A stretch of 62,723 nucleotides of DNA, filler included, from Actinomycetota bacterium (GTDB lineage Bacteria; Actinomycetota; CADDZG01; JAHWKV01; JAOPZY01), in the NCBI GenBank assembly GCA_025963875.1. It is 3 parts of 3 records of this genome, joined end to end, with 100 filler letters (N's around TTAATTAATTAA, not from the genome) between each part and the next. Parts side by side here need not be neighbours in the genome. Positions count along the whole stretch, not along the records: positions 1 to 23,847 come from JAOPZY010000143.1; 2 more parts are not named here. One strand, given 5' to 3'. This document shows, piece by piece, positions 1 through 9,364 of the stretch; the stretch's first letter is position 1, and every line of letters starts with the position of its first letter. Both the position numbers and the translations under genes were made by a program. The notes under the pieces were generated by a model. That model was not told the DNA's origin and did no database searches. It saw nothing but the letters and a program-made list of their open reading frames with translations.

Positions 1-354
1 CGGCGCGACCGGCTCTGCCCGCGGCCCCGCTCGACGGCGTTCTTCTTGTCCCGAGCCGGCACTGCTCTGGAGCGAAGCGCCGTAGACAAGACGCTCAGGA
101 ACGTCACCACGTCCCTCGGCATCCGCACAGCGACGGTCCATCCGCGGGCACACGACCTCAGGCATAGCTTTGCTGTGGCCACCCTGATCGGATGGCTGCG
201 CTCGGGCGTCAGCGTCGATGAGCGGATGGCGGTGCTGTCCACCTATCTCGGCCACGTCGCACCTGCCGACACCTACTGGTACCTGTCCGCCTCCCCCGAG
301 CTGATGGCTCTGGCTGCTGAACGCCTCGACGTGAGCTTCGGAGCAAAGCCGTGA
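1..354 (+). CDS. tyrosine recombinase, C-terminal part (RitB-like), 5'-truncated by window edge
   Basis: HDLRHSFAV, LSTYLGH and TYWYL motifs; frame open from base 1; GTGA overlap with next recombinase. Confidence 0.85.
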   Translation, partial: RRDRLCPRPRSTAFFLSRAGTALERSAVDKTLRNVTTSLGIRTATVHPRAHDLRHSFAVATLIGWLRSGVSVDERMAVLSTYLGHVAPADTYWYLSASPELMALAAERLDVSFGAKP

Positions 355-1340
355 GCGCGCTTGCACCCGGCCTGCAGGCGTTCTTCACCGATCGTCTGAT
401 CGGCCAGCGCGCTGCCAGCCCGAACACCGTCGGGGCCTACAAGACCACGTTCCGGCTCCTGCTCGGCTTCGCCGCCGAGCGCACCGGCAAGCTGCCCGCC
501 GCCCTGGACATCGCAGAGCTGGACGCGGCGCTCATCGCCGCGTTCTTGGACCATCTCGAAGCCGACCGGCACAACCGCGTCGCCACCAGGAACAACCGGC
601 TGGCCGCCGTCCACTCCCTGTTCGGCTACCTGGCTCTGCACCACCCCGAGCACGCCGCCTCCATCCAGCGGGTGCTCGCCATCCCGCCCAAGCGCAGTGA
701 GCGCAACGTGGTCACCTACCTCACCGACCCCGAGGTCGATGCGCTGCTGCATGCCTGCGACCAGACCCGCTGGACGGGCAGGCGGGACCACGCCATGTTT
801 GCCCTCACCGTCCAGACCGGGCTGAGGATCTCGGAGCTGGCCGGCCTCAGCTGCCAAGACGTGACGCTCGGCGCCGGGGCCAACGTCCACACCGTCGGCA
901 AAGGGCGCAAAGAGCGCCACACGCCCCTGGTTCCCTCCACCAGAGCCGTGCTCAAGGCGTGGCTCGGGGAGCGCGGCGGGGACACCACTGATCCGCTGTT
1001 CCCCACCATCACCGGCGGCCAGCTGAGCCGCGACGCCATCGAGCGACGGCTCACCCTGCACCTAGCCGTCGCGGCAGACAGGTGCCCGTCGCTGCGGACA
1101 AAGCATGTCACCGCGCACACCTTGCGGCACACCGCGGCCATGCGCCTACTGCTGGCCGGCAACGACATCACCGTCATCGCGCTGTGGCTCGGCCACGAGC
1201 AGATTGAGACGACCAACATCTACCTGCACGCGGACATGACCCACAAGCAACAGGCGATCGACAGGACCAAGCCGCTCGCCGCCAAGCCAGGCCGCTATCG
1301 ACCCTCCGACTCGCTGCTGGCCTTCCTCGAAGGCCTCTGA
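351..1340 (+). CDS. tyrosine recombinase (RitC-like)
   Basis: TGLRISEL, GKGRKER, HTLRH, WLGH and IY catalytic motifs; N-terminal SAM-like domain; 329 aa. Confidence 0.92.
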   Translation: MSALAPGLQAFFTDRLIGQRAASPNTVGAYKTTFRLLLGFAAERTGKLPAALDIAELDAALIAAFLDHLEADRHNRVATRNNRLAAVHSLFGYLALHHPEHAASIQRVLAIPPKRSERNVVTYLTDPEVDALLHACDQTRWTGRRDHAMFALTVQTGLRISELAGLSCQDVTLGAGANVHTVGKGRKERHTPLVPSTRAVLKAWLGERGGDTTDPLFPTITGGQLSRDAIERRLTLHLAVAADRCPSLRTKHVTAHTLRHTAAMRLLLAGNDITVIALWLGHEQIETTNIYLHADMTHKQQAIDRTKPLAAKPGRYRPSDSLLAFLEGL

Positions 1341-1420
1341 TTATGCCGACACGTTCAGCACGTTCACCGCCTCAGGCAAGCGAATCCCAGCCGAGGTCGG
1401 CATAACGCGGTGGTCGGCAT

Positions 1421-1456
1421 AATCATGTTTGTGCCGACTTCGGCACAAACATGATT
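1421..1456. repeat. perfect palindrome AATCATGTTTGTGCCG-ACTT-CGGCACAAACATGATT at the RIT junction
   Basis: 16-bp arms are exact reverse complements; each holds a variant of the TTATGCCGA motif. Confidence 0.9.
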
Positions 1457-1704
1457 TGAGGCACACCTGTGCGGCGCTGCTGATCGCTGACCGGGCGCAG
1501 GCCAAGGAGGTCCAGGCCCACTTGCGACACGCCACGATCACCATGACATTCGACGCCTACGGGCATCTGTTCGAATAGAAGATGCAGGACCTGGCCGAGG
1601 GCCTGGACCGGACGTTCCGGGAGTCGAAAGCCCACCAATCGCCCACCACTTCGGACAAAGAGGTCATCCCATTTCCAAAGAAGGAGGAGGAAACCGGCCC
1701 GTGA
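1450..1704 (+). pseudogene. phage/ICE-type integrase C-terminal remnant
   Basis: reads HDLRHTCAALLIA...EVQAHLRHATITMTFDAYGHLFE, internal TAG at 1576-1578, terminal TGA at 1702-1704; no N-terminus. Confidence 0.85.
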
Positions 1705-1721
1705 CCTGCGGAAACTCCCGG

Positions 1722-1795
<74 letters not shown>

Positions 1796-1980
1796 AGGTG
1801 CTACAACTCACGGCCCTGGACCGGCATCCCGGTCCGGTGGCCGTGCGGTGAACCCCCTCCCTCCATCCTCGCAGGAACGCTGCGATCTCAGCGAGTCACC
1901 AGGACGTCGATACTCAACCGTTATCGGTCAGCAGGCGCAGGATACTGAAGCCGCCCCGCCCCGAACCTCCGTTCCCCTTG

Positions 1981-2343
1981 TCAGCCCCGGTCCGTCTCGG
2001 CCTCGAAGACCGATGCCCGCAGCCTCTCGCTTCTCGCGGGCCGCCACCTCACCAGAGCCAGGCCCGCCCCGGCCATCGTGGCGAGGTAGATGCTCGGCAA
2101 TGAGCCTGGCCCCTGCTTGGCGTCGAGGCCGCCCCGCTCCTTTGTCCAGGTGCAGACGTAGCCCGGCGGCAGCGCCGACCAGCTGAGCGCTCCCTGGCTG
2201 GAGGCGCCATCCCGATAACAAGTCTGGCCCGGGAAGGCGACGGTCAAGGCCACAAAGCCGATGCCAGCAAGCAGCATCACCAACCAGAGCGTCAGCATGG
2301 CCCACCAGAGCCCTCCCGCCCACCTCCGCTGCGGCGATGGCAT
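1981..2343 (-). CDS. small hypothetical membrane protein
   Basis: two hydrophobic segments flanking a loop with two Cys. Confidence 0.6.
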   Translation of the reverse strand: MPSPQRRWAGGLWWAMLTLWLVMLLAGIGFVALTVAFPGQTCYRDGASSQGALSWSALPPGYVCTWTKERGGLDAKQGPGSLPSIYLATMAGAGLALVRWRPARSERLRASVFEAETDRG

Positions 2344-2447
2344 TGGCGGCGGAGGTCCTTCTTAGAGCTCGAGAGCTTTAGAGAAGGGCGAGAGACCCAG
2401 GCGGGCCTCCAAGCCAGCGAAGAGGCGCCAGAAACGACGCGCCCGGC

Positions 2448-2990
2448 TCACGGGCGCTTCTTGCCCAGGGCCGAGGCGGGCCGGCCTCGGGGCCGGGAGA
2501 CCTCCCGCCGCCCCCGTGAGAAGGCAACGGTACCCCCATCCAGGCTCGCGCCCACCGTGGGCTCTCGCTTGGGCCGCAAGGCCCACGCCAGGCCGATGCC
2601 GAGCGAAACGGGGAGCAGGCCCGTCCACCAAGGGAATGGCGGTCCGGTGTTCGGCATGTTGTTCGGGCCGGCGGCCTGCGGTGGGGCGCCGCCCGGACGG
2701 GCTGTCGCGCCGGCAGACGGCGCAACGGCTCCCGACGAAGGCGCAACAGAAGGAGCAACAGAAGGAGCAACAGAAGGAGCAACGCTCGGTGTCGCGGCCG
2801 GGGTTGTCGAAGGGCTGGGGGAGCCGGACGGGGTGGACGTAGAGGTGGACGGCGAGATGGAGCTGCCAGGTCCCGACGGATTGCGGCCCGAGCGCACCAT
2901 CAGCATGACCACACCGAGGATCATCAGGGCGGCGATGACCACTGCAACCGGAAGGAAGATCTGGGCCCCGGCCCCGCCCCGTCGTGCCAT
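2448..2990 (-). CDS. Pro/Ser/Thr-rich surface protein with sortase-like signal
   Basis: N-terminal TM, PSVA repeats, MPNTG followed by a hydrophobic helix and RPKR. Confidence 0.6.
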   Translation of the reverse strand: MARRGGAGAQIFLPVAVVIAALMILGVVMLMVRSGRNPSGPGSSISPSTSTSTPSGSPSPSTTPAATPSVAPSVAPSVAPSVAPSSGAVAPSAGATARPGGAPPQAAGPNNMPNTGPPFPWWTGLLPVSLGIGLAWALRPKREPTVGASLDGGTVAFSRGRREVSRPRGRPASALGKKRP

Positions 2991-3128
2991 GGCTGCCTCG
3001 TATCTGTCGAATGCCCTTTACCGGAGTGCGGCAAAGCAGAACCATACCCCGATTGGTACTGAATTGAAATTACATCCTTGTGAGTTTGCGCCTACCCCCG
3101 CTCCGGCCTTGGCTACGGGCCGCAGCCC

Positions 3129-4532
3129 TCAGAGTTGCCCGTAGGCCGAGAGGTATGCCGCCGTGTAGCCGATGACATCATAGAAGTCGTCGACCCTGAT
3201 TTGCTCGTTGGGCGCGTGGATCGCCGAGTCCGGCCTGGTCACCCCCGGCGGCGAGCAGATGGGGATCCCGAGCAGCCGGGCAACCGGGAACATCGGACCC
3301 GTGGCCGGCATCAAGGGCCATACGGCGGGCTCGAGCGACCACCAGGATGCCGCCTCGGACTCGATCGCCCGCCCGAGGACCGAGTCGGTGGGCGACCGCG
3401 ACGGGTTCTCCTCACCGATGGTCTCCAGCTCGACGTCCCCGAAGCCGTTGTCGTCGAGGTGGCGCCGGAGCTTGCGGGCGATGTCCCCGGCATCCTGATT
3501 GGGCACGAGCCGGAAGTCGACTTTCGCCAGGGCTTCGGCCGGGAGGACCGTCTTCGCCGCCCCGGGAACGGTGTAGCCCGTCACAAACCCGGCGATGTTG
3601 GCTGTGGGGTTGTAGATGAGCGCCTTCCGCAGGTCCATGCCAGTCAGGCCGTCCGCGAAGGACGTGATGCCGAGGCGCTTGAGTTCGGACGCCTCGTCAA
3701 ATGGCAGGCGCTCGATGAGCGGAGCATCCGCGGGCTCCGGGCCGAGCGCTTCGTCGTAGAAGCCCGGAATGGCCACCTTGCCGTCGGCCCCCCTGATAGA
3801 GGCGACCGCTCGCAGGAGGTGCCAGGCAGCCGAGGGGATGTAGCAGGCGTTCGAGGAGTGCTGGTCATACGTCAGCATCCGGCAGCGCAGCTCGACGTAG
3901 AGCAGGCCCTTGCACCCGTACACCAGCTCGGGCCGGCCCTCATGGTCGATCCGCCAGCCCTCCCAGACGCAGTGGTCGGCCTGGAGGCGGTCGGCGTGCG
4001 CCCGGCAGATCTGCTCGAAATGCAGGCTCCCCGTCTCCTCCTCGCCCTCGACGAAGAACTTGACGTTGAACGGCAGCTCGCCGAAGACCTCCTGATACGT
4101 CTCCAGCGCACACAGCCGCGCCACGAGGTCCCCCTTGTTGTCCGAGACTCCCCGGGCATAGATGCGCCCGTCCCGCTCGGCCGGCTCGAAGGGCGGCGAG
4201 TGCCACAGGTCGATGGGATCGACCGGCTGGACATCGTAGTGGTCATAGATCATGAGGGTCCTACCGGCATTCGACCCGGAACCGGAAGAAGAGCCAGAAC
4301 CGGAAGCCGTTCCCCGGAACTCCCCGAGCAACGCCGGCGGCGCCCCCGCAACCTCCAGCCGGGACACCGTGGCCCCCATGCCTTTGAACCTGTCCTCCAG
4401 CCAGTCCGACATCTGCTCCAGCCCCAGCCCTTCAGCCGAGATGCTGGGGAACGAGCAGGCCTCCTTCAGGGTCTCGACGAAGCGCCTGCCGTTGGTCTCG
4501 ACGAACTGCCTGATCTTGGCGTGCTCGGTCAT
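3129..4532 (-). CDS. M20/M25/M40 family metallo-hydrolase (dipeptidase/DapE-like)
   Basis: HYDVQP, RGVSDNKG, EGEEETGS and IHAPNE motifs. Confidence 0.93.
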   Translation of the reverse strand: MTEHAKIRQFVETNGRRFVETLKEACSFPSISAEGLGLEQMSDWLEDRFKGMGATVSRLEVAGAPPALLGEFRGTASGSGSSSGSGSNAGRTLMIYDHYDVQPVDPIDLWHSPPFEPAERDGRIYARGVSDNKGDLVARLCALETYQEVFGELPFNVKFFVEGEEETGSLHFEQICRAHADRLQADHCVWEGWRIDHEGRPELVYGCKGLLYVELRCRMLTYDQHSSNACYIPSAAWHLLRAVASIRGADGKVAIPGFYDEALGPEPADAPLIERLPFDEASELKRLGITSFADGLTGMDLRKALIYNPTANIAGFVTGYTVPGAAKTVLPAEALAKVDFRLVPNQDAGDIARKLRRHLDDNGFGDVELETIGEENPSRSPTDSVLGRAIESEAASWWSLEPAVWPLMPATGPMFPVARLLGIPICSPPGVTRPDSAIHAPNEQIRVDDFYDVIGYTAAYLSAYGQL

Positions 4533-4579
4533 CGGGACCCCTTTCTGGTGATGGCGGCCGGAACTGAGGAAACCTCAAG

Positions 4580-4650
<71 letters not shown>

Positions 4651-4687
4651 ACCGGATGTCGCAGCCACTGCAACTGCAACCGGCACG

Positions 4688-4761
4688 TCGGGACGGGGAG
4701 ATTTGAACTCCCGGCCTCCTGCTCCCAAAGCAGGCGCGCTGCCAAGCTGCGCTACGTCCCG
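4688..4761 (-). tRNA. tRNA-Pro(TGG)
   Basis: CGGGACGTAGCGCAGCTTGGCAGCGC, anticodon arm CCTGC-TTTGGGA-GCAGG, GTTCAAATC. Confidence 0.96.
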
Positions 4762-4881
4762 AAAACACCCGGACCTCCGGGCGACCACCCTATTATCCCG
4801 CCGCGGGAACCGCGGCGGGGCGGCCCAGCAAGCGCACAGCCACCGTCGAGGCCCGCGAACTGTGCGCTACGATGCCTTTCT

Positions 4882-6183
4882 ATGAAAACCACAGTCGAAC
4901 GCGAAAGCCCCACGAAGGTCCGCCTCCTCGTCGAGGTGGAGCCGTCCGAGATCGACAAGCTCACCTCGGAGACGGTCAAAAAACTCAGCCAGGAGTTCAA
5001 GGTCCCCGGTTTCCGCAAGGGCAAGGTGCCCCGGCAGATCCTGGAGTCCCGGATGGGCAAGGACGCCATCCGTCAGCGGATGCTCGAGGATTCCCTGCCC
5101 CGGCTCTACACCGACGCCACCAAGGAGGAGTCCCTCCAGCCGGTGGCGACCCCCGACATCGAGGTCACCGACTTCGAGGGCGATACCCTCACCTTCACGG
5201 CCACGGTCGAGGTCCGGCCGCAGATCCACCTCCCCAATTACAAGGAGATGGAGATCGAGCGGCCGAGCGCCAGGGCCACCCGGGAGGAGATCGACGACCG
5301 CCTCGACGTCCTGCGCAAGCGGTTCGCCACCCTCGAGCCGGTCGCCCGCTACGCCGAAGCCGGGGACCACCTCCTCATCGATGTGAAGACCAGCATCCAC
5401 GACCAGAAGATCGACGAGGCCAGCGCCGACGACTTCATGTACGAGCTCGGCTCCGCCACCCTGGCCCCCGAGCTGGACGACGAGCTCACCGGTACGCGGG
5501 CGGGAGACATCATCAAGTTCAACACCATCCTCCCGGAGCGCATGAGCAAGGACTACGGCGGCAAGGAGGTCACGATGACCGTCATCGTCAAGGAGGTCAA
5601 CGCCAAGCGCCTCCCTGATGTCGACGACGACTTCGCCAAGACCGCCTCCGAGTTCGACACGATGGATGAACTCGAGGGCGAGATCCGGAACCGCATCGAA
5701 GAGTACAAAGGCGTGCAGGCCGACCGTGAGATACGTAACCGCCTCCTCGACGAGCTGATCGACCTGGCCGCCGTGCCGGTGCCGGAGAGCCTGGTCCAGG
5801 CCGAGTCCGACGCCCGGATGGAAGCCCTGTTGCGGGAGGTGCGCCAGCATGGCATGGGCCTCCCCGACTATCTGGACGTGCTGAAGATGAGCGAGGACGA
5901 ACTGCGCGTCGCCCAGCGCCGGGCCGCCGAGCGGTCAATCGGCGCGGACTTCCTTCTCGACGAGATCGCCAAGACCGAAGGGATGAACGTCACCCGGGGC
6001 GAACTCGACGAGGAAGTGGAGCGCCTCTCCGCCAGAGCGGGCAAGACGCCCGAGGATCTGCGGCGGGACATCATCCAGGCAGGCCGGGTTGAGGCTCTTG
6101 CCGGTGATATCCTTCGAAGAAAGGTCCTCGACTATCTCGTGGAGCAGGCCAACATCACCGACGAAGCCAGCACGGAAGGCTGA
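4882..6183 (+). CDS. tig: trigger factor
   Basis: MKTTVE start, ribosome-binding signature PGFRKGKVP, upstream of clpP-clpX. Confidence 0.95.
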   Translation: MKTTVERESPTKVRLLVEVEPSEIDKLTSETVKKLSQEFKVPGFRKGKVPRQILESRMGKDAIRQRMLEDSLPRLYTDATKEESLQPVATPDIEVTDFEGDTLTFTATVEVRPQIHLPNYKEMEIERPSARATREEIDDRLDVLRKRFATLEPVARYAEAGDHLLIDVKTSIHDQKIDEASADDFMYELGSATLAPELDDELTGTRAGDIIKFNTILPERMSKDYGGKEVTMTVIVKEVNAKRLPDVDDDFAKTASEFDTMDELEGEIRNRIEEYKGVQADREIRNRLLDELIDLAAVPVPESLVQAESDARMEALLREVRQHGMGLPDYLDVLKMSEDELRVAQRRAAERSIGADFLLDEIAKTEGMNVTRGELDEEVERLSARAGKTPEDLRRDIIQAGRVEALAGDILRRKVLDYLVEQANITDEASTEG

Positions 6184-6220
6184 TCGGGCTCCACCGAAAC
6201 CAAAGCAAGGAGCGGCTTGG

Positions 6221-6856
6221 ATGGAGAACTACCTCGTGCCCGTCGTTGTTGAGCAGACCAACCGCGGGGAGCGGTCATTCGACATCTACTCTCGGCTGCT
6301 CAAGGACCGCATCATCTTCCTCGGTACCCCGATCGACGACAACGTCGCCAACCTCGTGACCGCGCAGCTCATCTTCTGCGAGTCCGAGGACCCCGACCGG
6401 GACATCTGGCTCTACATCAACTCGCCCGGCGGGTCGATCACCGCGCTGCTCGCCATCTACGACACCATGCAGTTCATCAAGCCGCACGTCGCCACCCTCT
6501 GCATCGGCCAGGCGGCCAGCGCAGCCGCGGTGCTGCTGGCGGCGGGGGAGAAGGGCAAGCGCTTCGCCCTCCCGAACTCCCGGGTGCTCATCCACCAGCC
6601 GGAGGTGGGCGGCCTCGGTGGCCAGGCGGTCGACATCGAGATCCACGCCAAGGAGATCCTGCGGATGCGGGCTCTGCTGGATCAGATCCTCGCCACGCAC
6701 AGTGGCCAGCCCCTCGAGAAAGTCTCCCGCGACACCGATAGAGACTTCATCATGAACTCCGAGCAGGCGAAGTCGTACGGTATCATCGATGAGATCATCA
6801 GAGCCCGAGAGCAGTCCGACGTCCTCGCTGAGCAGCTCGAAGAAGTCACGGCCTAG
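6221..6856 (+). CDS. clpP: ATP-dependent Clp protease proteolytic subunit
   Basis: [42 protein letters not shown]. Confidence 0.96.
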   Translation: MENYLVPVVVEQTNRGERSFDIYSRLLKDRIIFLGTPIDDNVANLVTAQLIFCESEDPDRDIWLYINSPGGSITALLAIYDTMQFIKPHVATLCIGQAASAAAVLLAAGEKGKRFALPNSRVLIHQPEVGGLGGQAVDIEIHAKEILRMRALLDQILATHSGQPLEKVSRDTDRDFIMNSEQAKSYGIIDEIIRAREQSDVLAEQLEEVTA

Positions 6857-6893
6857 CCACAAAGACGCCTAGCTGACCGAGGGGAGTGAGGGG

Positions 6894-8171
6894 ATGCCGA
6901 AGTTCGGCGATGGGGGCGACCTGCTTAAATGCAGCTTCTGCGGCAAGTCACAGAAGCAGGTCAAGAAGCTGATCGCCGGGCCGGGCGTCTACATCTGCGA
7001 CGAGTGCATCGACCTCTGCAACGAGATCATTGAAGAGGAGCTCACCGAGTCACCGGAGCTGAAGCTCGAAGAGCTGCCCAAGCCCCGTGAGATCTACGAC
7101 TTCCTGAAGGACTACGTCGTCGGCCAGGAGCAGGCCAAGAAGATCCTCTCCGTCGCGGTCTACAACCACTACAAGCGCATCCAGGCCGACAACCGCCGGG
7201 ACGGCGACGTCGAGCTCCAGAAGTCCAACATCCTGCTGCTCGGCCCCACGGGCTGCGGCAAGACCCTCCTGGCGCAGACGCTGGCCAAGATGCTGAACGT
7301 GCCCTTCGCGATCGCCGACGCCACGGCGCTCACCGAGGCCGGCTACGTGGGCGAAGACGTCGAGAACATCCTGCTGAAGCTCATCCAGGCCGCCGACTAC
7401 GACGTGAAGAAGGCCGAGACCGGCATCATCTACATCGACGAGGCCGACAAGATCGCCCGCAAGTCGGAGAACCCCTCCATCACCCGGGACGTCTCCGGCG
7501 AGGGCGTGCAGCAGGCCCTGCTGAAGATCCTGGAGGGCACTACGGCCAGCGTGCCGCCCCAGGGGGGCCGCAAGCACCCCCACCAGGAGTTCATCCAGAT
7601 CGACACGTCCAACATCCTGTTCATCTGCGGCGGTGCCTTCGCCGGCTTGGAGAAGATCATCGAGTCCCGCATCGGGGCACGGGGGATCGGCTTCGGGGGC
7701 GACGTCCGCAAGCGCGAGGACAAGGACATCGGCACGATCCTGGCCCAAGTGCTCCCGGAGGACCTCCTGAAGTACGGGCTCATCCCCGAGTTCGTCGGCC
7801 GCCTGCCGGTCATCTCCTACGTCCACAACCTCGACCGCCAGGCCCTCATCGAGATCCTGACCAAGCCCAAGAACGCCCTCGTCAAGCAGTTCAAGAAGGT
7901 CCTGGAGTACGACGGTGTCGAGTTGGGCTTCTCGGAGGACGCTCTCGCCGCTATCGCCGACCTGGCGATGCTGCGGGGCACCGGCGCCCGGGGCCTCAGG
8001 GCGATCATGGAGGAGGTCCTGCTCGACGTCATGTACGACCTGCCGTCCCGCAAGGACGTCGGCAAGTGCCTGATCGACAAGGACACGGTCCTGGAGAAGG
8101 TCAACCCCACGCTTGTCCCCCGCACCGTCGAGCGCCCGAAGCGCCCGGAGCGGGGCGAGCGCTCCGCCTAA
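6894..8171 (+). CDS. clpX: Clp protease ATP-binding subunit ClpX
   Basis: CSFCGK...CDEC zinc finger, [12 protein letters not shown] and IGF loops. Confidence 0.97.
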   Translation: MPKFGDGGDLLKCSFCGKSQKQVKKLIAGPGVYICDECIDLCNEIIEEELTESPELKLEELPKPREIYDFLKDYVVGQEQAKKILSVAVYNHYKRIQADNRRDGDVELQKSNILLLGPTGCGKTLLAQTLAKMLNVPFAIADATALTEAGYVGEDVENILLKLIQAADYDVKKAETGIIYIDEADKIARKSENPSITRDVSGEGVQQALLKILEGTTASVPPQGGRKHPHQEFIQIDTSNILFICGGAFAGLEKIIESRIGARGIGFGGDVRKREDKDIGTILAQVLPEDLLKYGLIPEFVGRLPVISYVHNLDRQALIEILTKPKNALVKQFKKVLEYDGVELGFSEDALAAIADLAMLRGTGARGLRAIMEEVLLDVMYDLPSRKDVGKCLIDKDTVLEKVNPTLVPRTVERPKRPERGERSA

Positions 8172-8228
8172 CTGAGCGACATCACCGCTGCACCCCAGCC
8201 TGTTCGGCGCGCCCGGACCAGGAAACAG

Positions 8229-9107
8229 CTAGGGGAGCAGGTTCGCGGGCACGTGGATCGGCAAGCTGTTCAGCAGGAACGCCAGGTCGGGGGCCGGGAG
8301 GCTGCCGACCAGCGACGACGGGTTGGCCAGGACCGCGCTCAGGTTCGGAACCGGCACCGGCAGGCCGGCGAGCAGGGCCGAGAGGTCGCCGGCAGGGAGC
8401 TGCGACAGCAGCGTCGTCGGGTTGCTCAGCAGTGAGGCCGGGTTGGCGAGGAGCCCGCTCAGGGTCGAGAGCAGGTTGCCCAGGAGGCCGCCGCGGTTGG
8501 CCAGGATGCCGGCGAGACCGGTCGGCACGGCGACGGGCAGGTTCGAGAGCAGCCACTGCTGGTCGGGCAACGGCAGGGCGCTCACGATCGTTGTCGGGTT
8601 GGCAAGGACTCCGGTGAGGTTCGGTACCGCAACCGGCAGATGGCCCAGCAGCGACATCAGGTCGGCCTGCGAGAGCGAGCTCAGCAGCGAGGTGACGCCC
8701 GCCTTTGCGGCGGTTCCGGAAGGGGTGGCGGTGGGCAGCCCGTTCGGCAGGACGCTGTTGACGATGCCGTTGACCGTGTTCAGTGCCCCGTCGACGGCAC
8801 TGGTGTCGGTGGTGGGCGGCGTGCTGACGGGGCCTGCTGCCGGGCCCTTGGCCGGGTTGGGCGCCGCGGAGGAGTTCGGAGGGACCGAGGCAGCGCCCGG
8901 CCCGGCGGCGTGGGGGGTGGACGGCTTGGCATTGCCGGTTCCCGGGACCGCCGAGACGTTCGCGGCGGTCGAGGCGGCGAGGTCGGGCGCCGGGTCGCCG
9001 GTGACCTGCATGCCGGAACCGGCGACCAGACCGAACGCTGCAGCGCCGAGGACGAAGACGCCGAGGAAACCTCCGGCGAAGGGCATGACGAACTTTGGGA
9101 TATGCAT
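8229..9107 (-). CDS. hypothetical membrane-anchored protein with C-terminal Leu/Pro-rich repeats
   Basis: SD AGGGAGG before ATG 9107; N-terminal TM, P/A/S linker, repeated LPVxVPNLxxVLANP units. Confidence 0.7.
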   Translation of the reverse strand: MHIPKFVMPFAGGFLGVFVLGAAAFGLVAGSGMQVTGDPAPDLAASTAANVSAVPGTGNAKPSTPHAAGPGAASVPPNSSAAPNPAKGPAAGPVSTPPTTDTSAVDGALNTVNGIVNSVLPNGLPTATPSGTAAKAGVTSLLSSLSQADLMSLLGHLPVAVPNLTGVLANPTTIVSALPLPDQQWLLSNLPVAVPTGLAGILANRGGLLGNLLSTLSGLLANPASLLSNPTTLLSQLPAGDLSALLAGLPVPVPNLSAVLANPSSLVGSLPAPDLAFLLNSLPIHVPANLLP

Positions 9108-9364
9108 GAATTGCCTCCCTTTCTGTCTGTCGAGCCGTACGACGGGCAGCCCGACGGCAATGCTAATCAACCTCAGTCATTAAGGTCGGTAAATGTGGTC
9201 CATCCATGAATAGCCAGATGTAACTAATTCAGCTACCCCTTTTGGGGTAGCAAAAGGCGCCTATTCATGCCTCGATTGCTTCGCTGGAGCGGTTGCATGC
9301 CTCGATTGCCGAGCTGGTTCGGTTTGCCCGCCGGAAGCCAAAGGCCCTCAGCTAGACTGGCGCC

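Larger units (their letters stand above)
1..1425 (+). mobile_element. right part of a RIT (recombinase in trio) element
   Basis: two overlapping tyrosine recombinases followed by TTATGCCGAC (1341-1350) and two reversed copies GTCGGCATAA (1396-1405, 1413-1422), resembling RIT terminal binding sites; the first recombinase would lie outside the window. Confidence 0.75.

Noticed and set aside
2737..2783. 12-bp tandem repeat GAAGGAGCAACA
   Set aside because: Encodes the PSVA linker of the surface protein
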